Assembly: GCA_965203325.1 (NCBI GenBank) | Contig: OZ241875.1 | Location: forward strand, 4,192,001-4,256,000 | Direction of reading: 5' to 3' | Source of the DNA: a bacterium | Lineage (GTDB): Bacteria > UBA8248 | DNA: 64,000 nt | Shown here: positions 49,481-59,245 of the stretch, piece after piece | How positions within the stretch are numbered: the stretch's first letter is position 1 | Layout: each line of letters starts with the position of its first letter | Position numbers and translations under genes: made by a program | Notes under the pieces: generated by a model | Databases searched by the model: none | What the model saw: only the letters and a program-made list of their open reading frames with translations | Told to the model about the DNA's origin: nothing

Positions 49481-49671
49481 TCTTAGCGCTCCCATTTTAG
49501 CACGCACGGCGCGGGGTCAAGGGTGCTTTTGCAAAAGACGCAAAAGCATCTTTTTTCAGAAAAAATCGGTGAAGCGTGGATTTTTTCCGCTACGCGCCCT
49601 CCGGGTGAAAAAAGACTGAAAACCGCCCCTGACGCCCACGCCTACCACGTGCTGAAAATGGGGCGCTAAGA
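49481..49671 (+). promoter_or_regulatory. Long imperfect hairpin, candidate Frpo-type ssDNA promoter
   Basis: Outer arms tcttagcgctcccattttagcacg and cgtgctgaaaatggggcgctaaga; gtcaaggg pairs with cccctgac; nested inner arms. Confidence 0.6.
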
Positions 49672-49706
49672 AGCGCATCCGTTAACTCTCTGGAAAGGAG
49701 AAAGGC

Positions 49707-50081
49707 ATGGAAACCACCGTGGTGAACCTGAACGACTATGTTGCTCCCCCGTTCGGCGGCGGCTTGCTGGTCAGAATCGACCGCAGGACGAAGTGGGGAA
49801 ACCCCTTCCGAATCGGCCAGGACGGCGAGCGCGACGAGGTCATCGAGAAATACCGGCGATGGCTGTGGGAAAGAATCCGGCGCGAGGAGCAGGACCTCTA
49901 CGAACTCGCCGACCTTCAAGGCTGCGAGCTCGGCTGCCACTGCCATCCCCTTCCGTGTCACGGCGATGTACTCGCACGCGCCGCCGAGTGGGCCGCCGGG
50001 TATCTCGACGAGATGCCGAAAGAAGTGGGGCGCAACGAGCGTGGCTACGCTCTTCCCGAATTCAACCATCCCCTCGCTTGA
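49707..50081 (+). CDS. DUF4326 domain protein
   Basis: IDRRTKWGNPF...LGCHCHPLPCHGDVL. Confidence 0.85.
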   Translation: METTVVNLNDYVAPPFGGGLLVRIDRRTKWGNPFRIGQDGERDEVIEKYRRWLWERIRREEQDLYELADLQGCELGCHCHPLPCHGDVLARAAEWAAGYLDEMPKEVGRNERGYALPEFNHPLA

Positions 50082-50102
50082 GGACAACCAAAGGAGTGAA
50101 CG

Positions 50103-51062
50103 ATGACTGCCACAGCGACACACGACCACAAGGAGAGCATCATGCACGAGGTCGACAACATCGAAGCGCAGAACGAATCCTTCACCGCCATGGTCTGCGA
50201 ACAGGCCCAGCTGTTCGGCGCGACCCCCGGACCGGACGAGTTCGACAACCGGCCCGTCTGGGGCGAGGCGGAATCCACCGCCGCCGTCCTCAAGGCCTTC
50301 GTCGCACTCGCGGAAGCCGCACCCGACGGAACGCAGCTGGCCGACGAGCGAAGAAACCTCCTGTGGGGCTTAGTCAACACCCTCGACGCCCAGACACAGC
50401 GGCTCGACCGCGCCGCCGACAAGCTCATCCCCGGCATCCGTGAAATGCAGCGCGAGCAGGACGGCTCCGAGATCAGGTCCCGCGAACTCGAACTCGCGAC
50501 CGACCGGGCCGAGAACCTCACCGCCCGCCGCGACGCCTTCGAAGGGCTGCGCGACACGGCCGCCGAGGCCTACCGCGTCGAGACCGGCGAGGTATGGCGG
50601 CCCCGGCGAGGATCGCACGTCTCTCAGACCGGCAAGCTCACGTCGGCGGTGATCGAGGCGCGCGACTTCCAGCGGGCGAGAAAGGACCGCGAGAGCGCCG
50701 CCCACCTCCCCCAGGGAACCCTCGTCGCCGTCGCGGGCGGCAAGGAGGCCACCGACGCGGGTAAAATCATCGGCCAGCTCGACAAGCTGAAAGCCAAGTA
50801 CGCCGACGTCGTCCTCGTCCACGGCGGCGGCCCCGGTGCGGAGAAGGTCGCGGCGGGATGGGCCGAGCGCAACGGCGTCCACCAGATCGTCTGCAAGCCC
50901 GACTGGGACGCCCACGGCAGGGCCGCTCCCTTCCGCCGCAACGACGAACTGCTCTCCCTCCTGCCCAAGGGCGTGATCGCGTTCCCGGGTTCGGGCATCA
51001 CCGACAACCTCGTCGACAAGGCGCGAAGCCTCGGCATCCCCGTACAACGCGTCGCCGCATAG
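50103..51062 (+). CDS. DUF2493/YspA-like (SLOG) domain protein typical of conjugative elements
   Basis: VAGG, LVHGGGPGAEKVAAGWA, AAPFRRNDELL, AFPGSGIT. Confidence 0.8.
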   Translation: MTATATHDHKESIMHEVDNIEAQNESFTAMVCEQAQLFGATPGPDEFDNRPVWGEAESTAAVLKAFVALAEAAPDGTQLADERRNLLWGLVNTLDAQTQRLDRAADKLIPGIREMQREQDGSEIRSRELELATDRAENLTARRDAFEGLRDTAAEAYRVETGEVWRPRRGSHVSQTGKLTSAVIEARDFQRARKDRESAAHLPQGTLVAVAGGKEATDAGKIIGQLDKLKAKYADVVLVHGGGPGAEKVAAGWAERNGVHQIVCKPDWDAHGRAAPFRRNDELLSLLPKGVIAFPGSGITDNLVDKARSLGIPVQRVAA

Positions 51063-51591
51063 GACGTTCGACACGGCGGGTCGCATCGCCACACAGGCGG
51101 TGCGGCCCGTCGCCTCTCTCCTCGATCACTCCACCGCTCCTCTCCTGGTTACTCCGCTCGCCTCCAACCGCTCAGTCGCCGCGGCGGCTCCCGCCCGCCA
51201 TTCTCTCCGGCAAAAATTCCCCCGTCGTTCGTTCCCACGAATTTGGCAATCTGACGCCCTTCGGCGCTTCGGGTTTCACACCCCACGCAGCGGGCTGCTG
51301 GATGCAGGCCAGTCGTGCGCCAGGCATGGCGTTCCTTGCGCAAACGCCCTCAAATACCGCCCCGCCTTCGCTGGGAGAGCGTGTTACGACGTAACACGCC
51401 CATATCTCATTGAATTCCTTGAGCCTCATAAAAAGCGTATGCTCATGGCATACGCTGGGCATAGTATTTCCCAGGCATGTGTGCTATGAGCTTACAAATG
51501 AATCTGTGCCCAGAGCGACCGGATTTTATTTGTAAATGCAACGATACCGGCGATTTCCCGGCCAATAAATCGAACCATTGGAGGCAAAAAC

Positions 51592-51975
51592 ATGACCGAA
51601 AACCATTCCGTCACCGGCGATTCCAGCGAGAATTCCGACGAAAAACATGGCGAATCGCGTTCGCCACGCTCGATCCGGTTCTCCGATTCCGAGTGGACTT
51701 CCATTGAAAAGGAGGCCAGGGAGCGCGGAATGACGGCCGCAGAACTCGTTCGCCATGCCGCATTGGGTTTCGCTACGGGCAAGCTGACCGCAAATTCTAC
51801 GGGGTTTCCACCTGAAATCGCAGCCCAGATCGAGCGGATCTATCGCGGGGTTTACCTTCTTTCCACGCTGAAGCGGGATGAATTGGTGCGGGAAGGACGC
51901 GAGAATGAACTCGACCGAACCATAAAAGACGCCCGCGAGTCACAGGATTCCATTATGGAAAATGCTTCCGAATGA
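51592..51975 (+). CDS. Ribbon-helix-helix (CopG/MobC-like) protein
   Basis: RSIRFSDSEWTSIEKEARERGMTAAELVRHAAL. Confidence 0.7.
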   Translation: MTENHSVTGDSSENSDEKHGESRSPRSIRFSDSEWTSIEKEARERGMTAAELVRHAALGFATGKLTANSTGFPPEIAAQIERIYRGVYLLSTLKRDELVREGRENELDRTIKDARESQDSIMENASE

Positions 51976-52223
51976 GTTTTTCAAGAGCAGATTTTCTCCT
52001 CCACCGTAACGCAAAACATGATCAGGCGATCGGAAAGAAATGGGGTTTTATTCTTTTTTACATTTTCTTCGGGGCTGCTTCGGGGGGAGATACTCTAATT
52101 TAGTGCAAGCTTTCTCGAAATCAACTTAAATGACGTTGACGCCGACACTTCTATAGAACGGTCATTGCCAGATATACACTTCCAACAATCAGGCTGTCCT
52201 TCACAACCGCGTTATATCTGGCA

Positions 52224-52344
52224 ACAAATAACCCCCGGAGAGGCCGAGGCATCGCGAGGGTTGAATCGTTTCCCCGTTCGGGGAATTGCCTGCGAAGCTT
52301 TGCTTCTTGTTATGGAAAGCAACCAGGCATCGATCAGCTAAAAT
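52224..52344 (-). ncRNA. tracrRNA
   Basis: 52309-52344 matches the repeat at 30/36 positions (terminal 21 nt exact). Minus-strand RNA continues into hairpins GAAGC-AAA-GCUUC, UUCCCC-GAAC-GGGGAA and a terminator-like AACCCUCG...CGGGGGUU-AUUUGUU. Confidence 0.85.
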
Positions 52345-52395
52345 CTGTTATCCTGATACCTTATTTTTGCGATACAGTCAACGAGGAGATTCATC

Positions 52396-55362
52396 ATGCG
52401 TCAACTCATCTTGGGTCTCGACTTGGGCCCGAACTCCATTGGCTGGGCGCTCGTTGAAGAAGACGACTCCGGCCCCAAGAGCCTGGAAGCCATCGGCGTG
52501 CGTGTTTTTCAAGAAATGGTCGACAGGCAGAAGAAGACACCCAAGAACCACAAGAGGCGCGACGCGCGCCAGGCCCGACGTCAGCGCTCCAGACGGAAGA
52601 TGCGGCGCGATACCCTCCAGAATGAACTCGTCCGTTGCGGGCTTCTGCCGGAGAGCGCCGAAGAACGAGAGGCTCTCTTTCATCGAACCGACCCTTATGA
52701 AATCAGAAAACGGGGACTGGACAATGAACTGGCCCCACACGAACTCGGCCGTGCGATTTTCCATTTGAACCAGAGGCGAGGATTTTTGAGCAACCGCAAG
52801 GTGCGCGATACAAAAGACAAGAAAAAAGAAGACGGCGTTGTCAAACAAGAGATTGGAGAACTCAAGAAGGAAATCTCTGAATCTGGCAGCCGCACGCTGG
52901 GTGAGTTTCTTTCTGACCAACCCAAAAAGAGGAACCGCCGCACGGATCGGAAGATGTACGAGGATGAGTTCGACGTGCTCTGGAAGAAGCAGACGGAGTT
53001 TCACCCGGAACTGCTAACCGATGCACTACGTGCGCGAATGCGCAAAATCCTGTTCTTCCAGCGTCCGCTGAAGCTTCAGAAGGATCTCGTCGGGAAATGC
53101 ACGTTTGAGCCTCACAAGAAAAGGTGTCCGTGGTGCAGGCCCGAAGCCCAGTGGTTCCGGGCGCTTCAGGACGTCAACCATCTCGAAGTCAGGGATCCCG
53201 AATCGGGCGGCTATCGCCCACTACGCCAGGATGAGAGAGAGGAAGTCAAGAAGCAACTTCGCGAGAAGAAGACGCTCACCTGGAACGGTGCCCGCAAGGC
53301 GTTGGGACTTCACTTGGGCGAGACCTTCAACATCGAAGACAGAGGAGAGGGCGGAAAGAAACACCTGATCGGCTCGGTCACGCTTGTGGACGTCCGGAAA
53401 ATCCTTATGAAAAAGACGTGGGAAGCCATGCCTCAAAACGAGCAGGACGAATTTCTGGAAGATTTGTTCAGCATCCAGAAGGAAGAAGCTCTTTTGAAGC
53501 GGTTGGAGGAGCATTGGCAGCTTACCCGCGAGCAGGCGGATGCTCTCTTGAACACGGAGTTTCAGCCGGGCTATGCGAGCCTTTCGCTCAGGGCGATTCG
53601 CAGAATCACACCACATCTGGAAAGAGGGCGGAACTACCACGATGCCTGCCGGGCGGCGGGCTACCAACATGATTACGAAAAGGAAATCGACGCGAACGAC
53701 GTGCTGCCGCCGGCACCCGATATCAGAAACCCCATCGTCCAGAAGGCGCTCAATGAGGTGCGCAGGGTGGTGAACGCCATTATTCGAAAGTACGGCAAGC
53801 CGACCCGCATCCGCGTGGAACTCGCGCGGGATTTAAAACTTGGTCAGAAGCAGAAGGCCAGACTGAATGCGCAGAACAGGAAGAACCGGGACCTGAACGA
53901 AGAGGCGCGCAAGTTGATAGCGGAGGTGGAGGAATTCGACAACGGGGAGAACAGGCTCAGATTCAGACTCTGGAAGGAACAGAAGGGATTGTGTCCCTAC
54001 ACGGGCAGGAGCATCGGCGCGCGCGATATATTCAGCCGCGAATACGAGGTGGATCATATCCTCCCCTATAGCCGGACGCTCGATGACTCCTACATGAACA
54101 AGGTATTATCCTTGGCTTCCGCCAATAGGGATAAAGGTAACAGGACACCCCTGGAATGGATGGGTGGCGACCCGCAGATGCGTCAGCGGATATCCTCGAT
54201 GAAGGACATGCCCTACTCCAAGAGAAGGCGTTTCGATCAGAAAGAAATTAAAACGGATGAATTCATCTCGCGCCAGCTGAACGACACTCGCTACATCAGT
54301 CGAGAGGTGAGCAGCTACCTCAAGGGACTCGGTGCAGACATACAGATCACAACGGGCCAGGCCACGGCTGCGCTTCGCCGCTCCTGGGGGCTGAACGCGA
54401 TTCTGGCTGTCGATTCGGATATGGAGAAAAACCGCGCCGACCACCGCCACCACGCCATCGACGCGCTTGTGGTCGCGCTCACCGACAGAAAACTCTTTTA
54501 TTTTATAGCGAATCTTTCCGCAGAGGTGCGTGAGATTCTGGGCAAGCGTCGTTTTCCCCTGCCGGATCCCTGGCCGGATTTCATGGGAGAAGTGCGCGAG
54601 AAGGTAGAGGCCATCGTCGTCTCGCACCAGCCGCTTCGGAAGATCAGTGGGGCCTTCCACGAGGAAACCGCCTTGGGGCGTATCTCCCACGAGGGGCGGG
54701 ACGTTTTTGTCCGCAGGATTCCACTTGAAGAACTCACGTCGGAAGCGAAAGTAAAGAGAATTGTTGATCGCCGCATTCGAGAACTCGTACAAGAGCGTCT
54801 TGAGGCTCATATTGGAAACGCCAAGGCCGCCTTCGCTAGCCCTCTCTATCTCGAACACTCGCGCAAGGGCGCAGGAAAAACGCAAATCAAAACGGCACGC
54901 GTCGCAGTAGCGGAAAATAAAACTATAGATAGTCTTTACCCAGTAACACGAGAAGGAGAGGAAAAGCCCTTCAAGTATTACGAATTGGGTAACAACCACC
55001 ACATCGAGATCATCGAGCACGTCGAAACCGGCAAGAGGGAAGGCGTAGTCGTCTCGGCCATGGAAGCCGCGCGGCGCGCACGGCGCGAGCGCACACCCAT
55101 CGTCCAGCGCGACCACGGAGAGGCATGGCGGTTCGTGATGTCTCTTTCGATAAACGATCTTGTTAAGCTCGATGCTCCGGTGAACGGCTGCGATCTGTAC
55201 CGCGTTCAAGCAATTTCACCAGGAGACATCAGGTTGCGGGCACATAAGGCCGCAACGATTGATGACGATGCAACGCTTGTAAGAATTAGATCCCTTAAAA
55301 ACCTCAGGGTGAAAAAAATGTCCGTCGATCCCCTGGGCAAACTGGAGACCGCCCATGATTAA
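52396..55362 (+). CDS. cas9: Type II-C Cas9, 988 aa
   Basis: RuvC-I LGLDLGPNSIGWA, Arg-rich bridge helix, RuvC-II IRVELAR, HNH EVDHILPYS..DDS..NKVL, RuvC-III HHAIDA. Confidence 0.97.
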   Translation: MRQLILGLDLGPNSIGWALVEEDDSGPKSLEAIGVRVFQEMVDRQKKTPKNHKRRDARQARRQRSRRKMRRDTLQNELVRCGLLPESAEEREALFHRTDPYEIRKRGLDNELAPHELGRAIFHLNQRRGFLSNRKVRDTKDKKKEDGVVKQEIGELKKEISESGSRTLGEFLSDQPKKRNRRTDRKMYEDEFDVLWKKQTEFHPELLTDALRARMRKILFFQRPLKLQKDLVGKCTFEPHKKRCPWCRPEAQWFRALQDVNHLEVRDPESGGYRPLRQDEREEVKKQLREKKTLTWNGARKALGLHLGETFNIEDRGEGGKKHLIGSVTLVDVRKILMKKTWEAMPQNEQDEFLEDLFSIQKEEALLKRLEEHWQLTREQADALLNTEFQPGYASLSLRAIRRITPHLERGRNYHDACRAAGYQHDYEKEIDANDVLPPAPDIRNPIVQKALNEVRRVVNAIIRKYGKPTRIRVELARDLKLGQKQKARLNAQNRKNRDLNEEARKLIAEVEEFDNGENRLRFRLWKEQKGLCPYTGRSIGARDIFSREYEVDHILPYSRTLDDSYMNKVLSLASANRDKGNRTPLEWMGGDPQMRQRISSMKDMPYSKRRRFDQKEIKTDEFISRQLNDTRYISREVSSYLKGLGADIQITTGQATAALRRSWGLNAILAVDSDMEKNRADHRHHAIDALVVALTDRKLFYFIANLSAEVREILGKRRFPLPDPWPDFMGEVREKVEAIVVSHQPLRKISGAFHEETALGRISHEGRDVFVRRIPLEELTSEAKVKRIVDRRIRELVQERLEAHIGNAKAAFASPLYLEHSRKGAGKTQIKTARVAVAENKTIDSLYPVTREGEEKPFKYYELGNNHHIEIIEHVETGKREGVVVSAMEAARRARRERTPIVQRDHGEAWRFVMSLSINDLVKLDAPVNGCDLYRVQAISPGDIRLRAHKAATIDDDATLVRIRSLKNLRVKKMSVDPLGKLETAHD

Positions 55363-56248
55363 ACGTATCGTCGAAATCGGAAGCCCCGCCCGTCTCTCGC
55401 TCAAGAGGAAACAACTCCGGGTCGAGCGAGAGGAATTCGCCGCAGAGTCCCTCCCCGTGGAGGACCTCGGCGTCTTAATTCTGGATCACCCGGCCATCCG
55501 CCCATCCCAGGGACTATTGTCTGAGTGCATGAAGAACAACGTCGCCGTCGTGATGTGCGACGAGAAGCACCTGCCCGCCTCCGTCCTTCTCCCATTGGAC
55601 GGGCACACTCTCCACAGCAAAATCGTGAAGGAACAAGCCGCCGCTACGCCCGGCAGGCTAAGCCGACTTTGGCGAGCCATCGTGCGTGAGAAGATACTCG
55701 CCCAGGCCGATGCGCTCGACGCCTTCGAGGAATACGGCGAACCGCTCAGGGCCATCGCGGGACGCGCGGGGCGGGAAAACCCGGCTCAGGCCGAAGCCCG
55801 CGCCGCCAGGATGTACTGGCCGAGGATGTTCGGCGAGGATTTCAGGCGAAACCGCGCGCTCCCGGGCGTGAACCGCCTCTTGAATTACGGCTACTCCCTT
55901 ATTCGCGCGGCCACGGCAAGAGCGATTGTCGCCTCGGGACTTCACCCCGCCTTCGGCCTGCACCACCACAACCAGTACGACGGCTTTTGCCTTGCGGACG
56001 ACCTGATGGAACCGCTCCGTCCGCTGGTGGACCGCAGGGTACGCCTCATGCGGGACGCGCCGGAGGACTGGGGAGAGGAACTCGAACTGGAAAAAGAGGA
56101 AAAGCGCGAGCTTCTGAGCGTTCTGGCCGAAGAAGTGAGCTTCGGCAGAAGAACCTATCCTCTCCTCACCGCGCTTCAATACTTCGCCGCGGGTGTTCGC
56201 CGCGTGGTATGCGGGGAGGAGAAGGAGACGGAAATTCCCCGGCCATGA
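55355..56248 (+). CDS. cas1: Type II Cas1
   Basis: EARAARMYW, NRLLNYGY, GLHHHNQYDGFCLADDLMEPLRP. Confidence 0.96.
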   Translation: MIKRIVEIGSPARLSLKRKQLRVEREEFAAESLPVEDLGVLILDHPAIRPSQGLLSECMKNNVAVVMCDEKHLPASVLLPLDGHTLHSKIVKEQAAATPGRLSRLWRAIVREKILAQADALDAFEEYGEPLRAIAGRAGRENPAQAEARAARMYWPRMFGEDFRRNRALPGVNRLLNYGYSLIRAATARAIVASGLHPAFGLHHHNQYDGFCLADDLMEPLRPLVDRRVRLMRDAPEDWGEELELEKEEKRELLSVLAEEVSFGRRTYPLLTALQYFAAGVRRVVCGEEKETEIPRP

Positions 56249-56574
56249 CATTCGGGGGATGGCGTAGCATGTGGCTCATGGTGATGTTTGATTTGCCGAC
56301 CGACACGAAGGCGGCGCGCAAGGCTTACCAGGAGTTTCGAGGCTTTCTGCTCGAAGACGGGTTCACCATGCTTCAATATTCGGTCTACGCCCGGCATTGT
56401 CCGAGTTCCGAGAACGCGGAAGTACACGAAAAACGGATAAATGCCGCTCTACCCCCCGACGGGGAAGTTCGGCTTTTGCTGTTCACCGACAAGCAGTTTT
56501 CGCGGATGAAGATTTTTTACGGAAAGGTACGTAAGGCGACGGAAAAGGCTCCCGAGCAGATCACGCTTTTCTGA
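56245..56574 (+). CDS. cas2: Cas2
   Basis: MWLMVMFDLP, DGFTMLQYSVYAR, TDKQF; ATGA overlap with the cas1 stop. Confidence 0.95.
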   Translation: MTFGGWRSMWLMVMFDLPTDTKAARKAYQEFRGFLLEDGFTMLQYSVYARHCPSSENAEVHEKRINAALPPDGEVRLLLFTDKQFSRMKIFYGKVRKATEKAPEQITLF

Positions 56575-56625
56575 TCTGTACTCGGGAGCCTAAACCGAAC
56601 CGATTCAACCCCTTGGGGAGAACCA

Positions 56626-59166
56626 ATTTTAGCTGATCGATGCCTGCCCGCAATCCACAACTATGATTGTTGTGCTCTCGTTGTCCAGCGTATTTTAGCT
56701 GATCGATGCCTGCCCGCAATCCACAACTATCTGCTTTTGTGCATTTTAGCTGCCATGATTTTAGCTGATCGATGCCTGCCCGCAATCCACAACATAAACC
56801 CGAGTAACCTAGCAAGGATGTCAATTTTAGCTGATCGATGCCTGCCCGCAATCCACAACGACACTTTGGGAACTTATAAGTGGGTTCAATTTTAGCTGAT
56901 CGATGCCTGCCCGCAATCCACAACAAAAGGTCGGGTTGCCCTTGCTCCCGAGTAATTTTAGCTGATCGATGCCTGCCCGCAATCCACAACTGGCGTGATA
57001 GCGGGGGCGTCCGCAAATCATTTTAGCTGATCGATGCCTGCCCGCAATCCACAACGTATCCTCGGGGAGCGTCCACCTTGAAAATATTTTAGCTGATCGA
57101 TGCCTGCCCGCAATCCACAACCGCTGGTCACGGACTCACTAGGAGGCGGAGATTTTAGCTGATCGATGCCTGCCCGCAATCCACAACGAAAACCTTTCTC
57201 GTCATTTTCGGTGCGCCATTTTAGCTGATCGATGCCTGCCCGCAATCCACAACATGAGTTCCGCGATCCTCTGTCCTCCGTAATTTTAGCTGATCGATGC
57301 CTGCCCGCAATCCACAACTATCGTCGGCCTACTGGCACAGCCGGAAGGATTTTAGCTGATCGATGCCTGCCCGCAATCCACAACCCCCTAGTTAGTCGAA
57401 AAGAACGCGCTAGAATTTTAGCTGATCGATGCCTGCCCGCAATCCACAACCGCGATCTCGCTACAGCCCGCAGGGAACCTATTTTAGCTGATCGATGCCT
57501 GCCCGCAATCCACAACTGAGGCTCTACTAGAGAAGGCAGGACAGGGATTTTAGCTGATCGATGCCTGCCCGCAATCCACAACTTCTTTCAAATGGTTTAC
57601 TATTTTGGTTGCATTTTAGCTGATCGATGCCTGCCCGCAATCCACAACCCAGGAGGGAGAGGGCGAAGAAACGAAAAGATTTTAGCTGATCGATGCCTGC
57701 CCGCAATCCACAACTATGACGAGCTCGACTACGCCTGGGAGGTGATTTTAGCTGATCGATGCCTGCCCGCAATCCACAACCAGAACGCGGTTGCCTGACC
57801 CGCACTTGACATTTTAGCTGATCGATGCCTGCCCGCAATCCACAACTGGTGGGACGACAAGAACATGGAGTTGCAGATTTTAGCTGATCGATGCCTGCCC
57901 GCAATCCACAACGGTCCTCCTGGTGAAAACTGGCGGCTATCGATTTTAGCTGATCGATGCCTGCCCGCAATCCACAACTGGATCCAGACGAAGGACGGCG
58001 ACCCCTCGATTTTAGCTGATCGATGCCTGCCCGCAATCCACAACCGCTACCTCGGCGGCCTGTTGTCGAGCATCATTTTAGCTGATCGATGCCTGCCCGC
58101 AATCCACAACCCGAGATCAACCACTGGCGGCAATCGCTCTATTTTAGCTGATCGATGCCTGCCCGCAATCCACAACTCGAAGGAAGACCGGCTCGGTCAC
58201 GAGGAATTTTAGCTGATCGATGCCTGCCCGCAATCCACAACCCGAGCCGGTCGGCGAACTGGGAATGCGCAATTTTAGCTGATCGATGCCTGCCCGCAAT
58301 CCACAACGGAAGAGAAAGATGCCCTGAAAAAACTGCAATTTTAGCTGATCGATGCCTGCCCGCAATCCACAACGGAGAGGCTTATAGGGTCATCTTCAAG
58401 TCGATTTTAGCTGATCGATGCCTGCCCGCAATCCACAACCTCAGTCTATTCCGAGTCGTGCTCCACTGTATTTTAGCTGATCGATGCCTGCCCGCAATCC
58501 ACAACTACGCTTGCCACGCCGGCTGGTACGCCAACATTTTAGCTGATCGATGCCTGCCCGCAATCCACAACTGTCTCCGGAAGAGGACCTGCTCGCGCGG
58601 GATTTTAGCTGATCGATGCCTGCCCGCAATCCACAACTCTTCGTCGCCCGCGACGCCGGCCGCGACTATTTTAGCTGATCGATGCCTGCCCGCAATCCAC
58701 AACAGGCGGTGGGTTCGGACGCGGACCTGCTCGATTTTAGCTGATCGATGCCTGCCCGCAATCCACAACTCGAATGACGATCTGCTCCGCGTTCTCTTGA
58801 TTTTAGCTGATCGATGCCTGCCCGCAATCCACAACGTCTCGGCTCACGGCTCGGCTGGCATGGTCATTTTAGCTGATCGATGCCTGCCCGCAATCCACAA
58901 CGTCGGCGACTTCCGCAACCATTCCAACATTATTTTAGCTGATCGATGCCTGCCCGCAATCCACAACGAAAGGATGTGTAGGGCCAACTACACCACGATT
59001 TTAGCTGATCGATGCCTGCCCGCAATCCACAACACGACCGCCTGTTCGTTCATGGCGCCCTCCATTTTAGCTGATCGATGCCTGCCCGCAATCCACAACC
59101 GTGAGAGGATGCAGGGGAGCGGCAAGGGGTATTTTAGCTGATCGATGCCTGCCCGCAATCCACAAC
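56626..59166 (-). CRISPR. CRISPR array: 39 identical 36-bp repeats, 38 spacers of 29-31 bp
   Basis: Plus-strand repeat ATTTTAGCTGATCGATGCCTGCCCGCAATCCACAAC at ~66 bp period, counted manually. crRNA orientation GTTGTGG...GCTAAAAT inferred from II-C convention and the tracrRNA strand. Confidence 0.98.
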
Positions 59167-59245
59167 TCTACCTCAACAAGGCGCACTACCTCACGGACGA
59201 CGAATTTGTCGCGTTCCGTCTGGTGCTCAACGACGCGGAAGCGGA

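Noticed and set aside
56601..56611. 11-nt CGATTCAACCC shared between the array leader and the tracrRNA 3' part
   Set aside because: Too short to separate from chance; a similar 10-mer also occurs near 37604.
56662..59130. Self-targeting spacers within the window
   Set aside because: None spotted by eye; an exhaustive alignment could not be run, so no claim is made.
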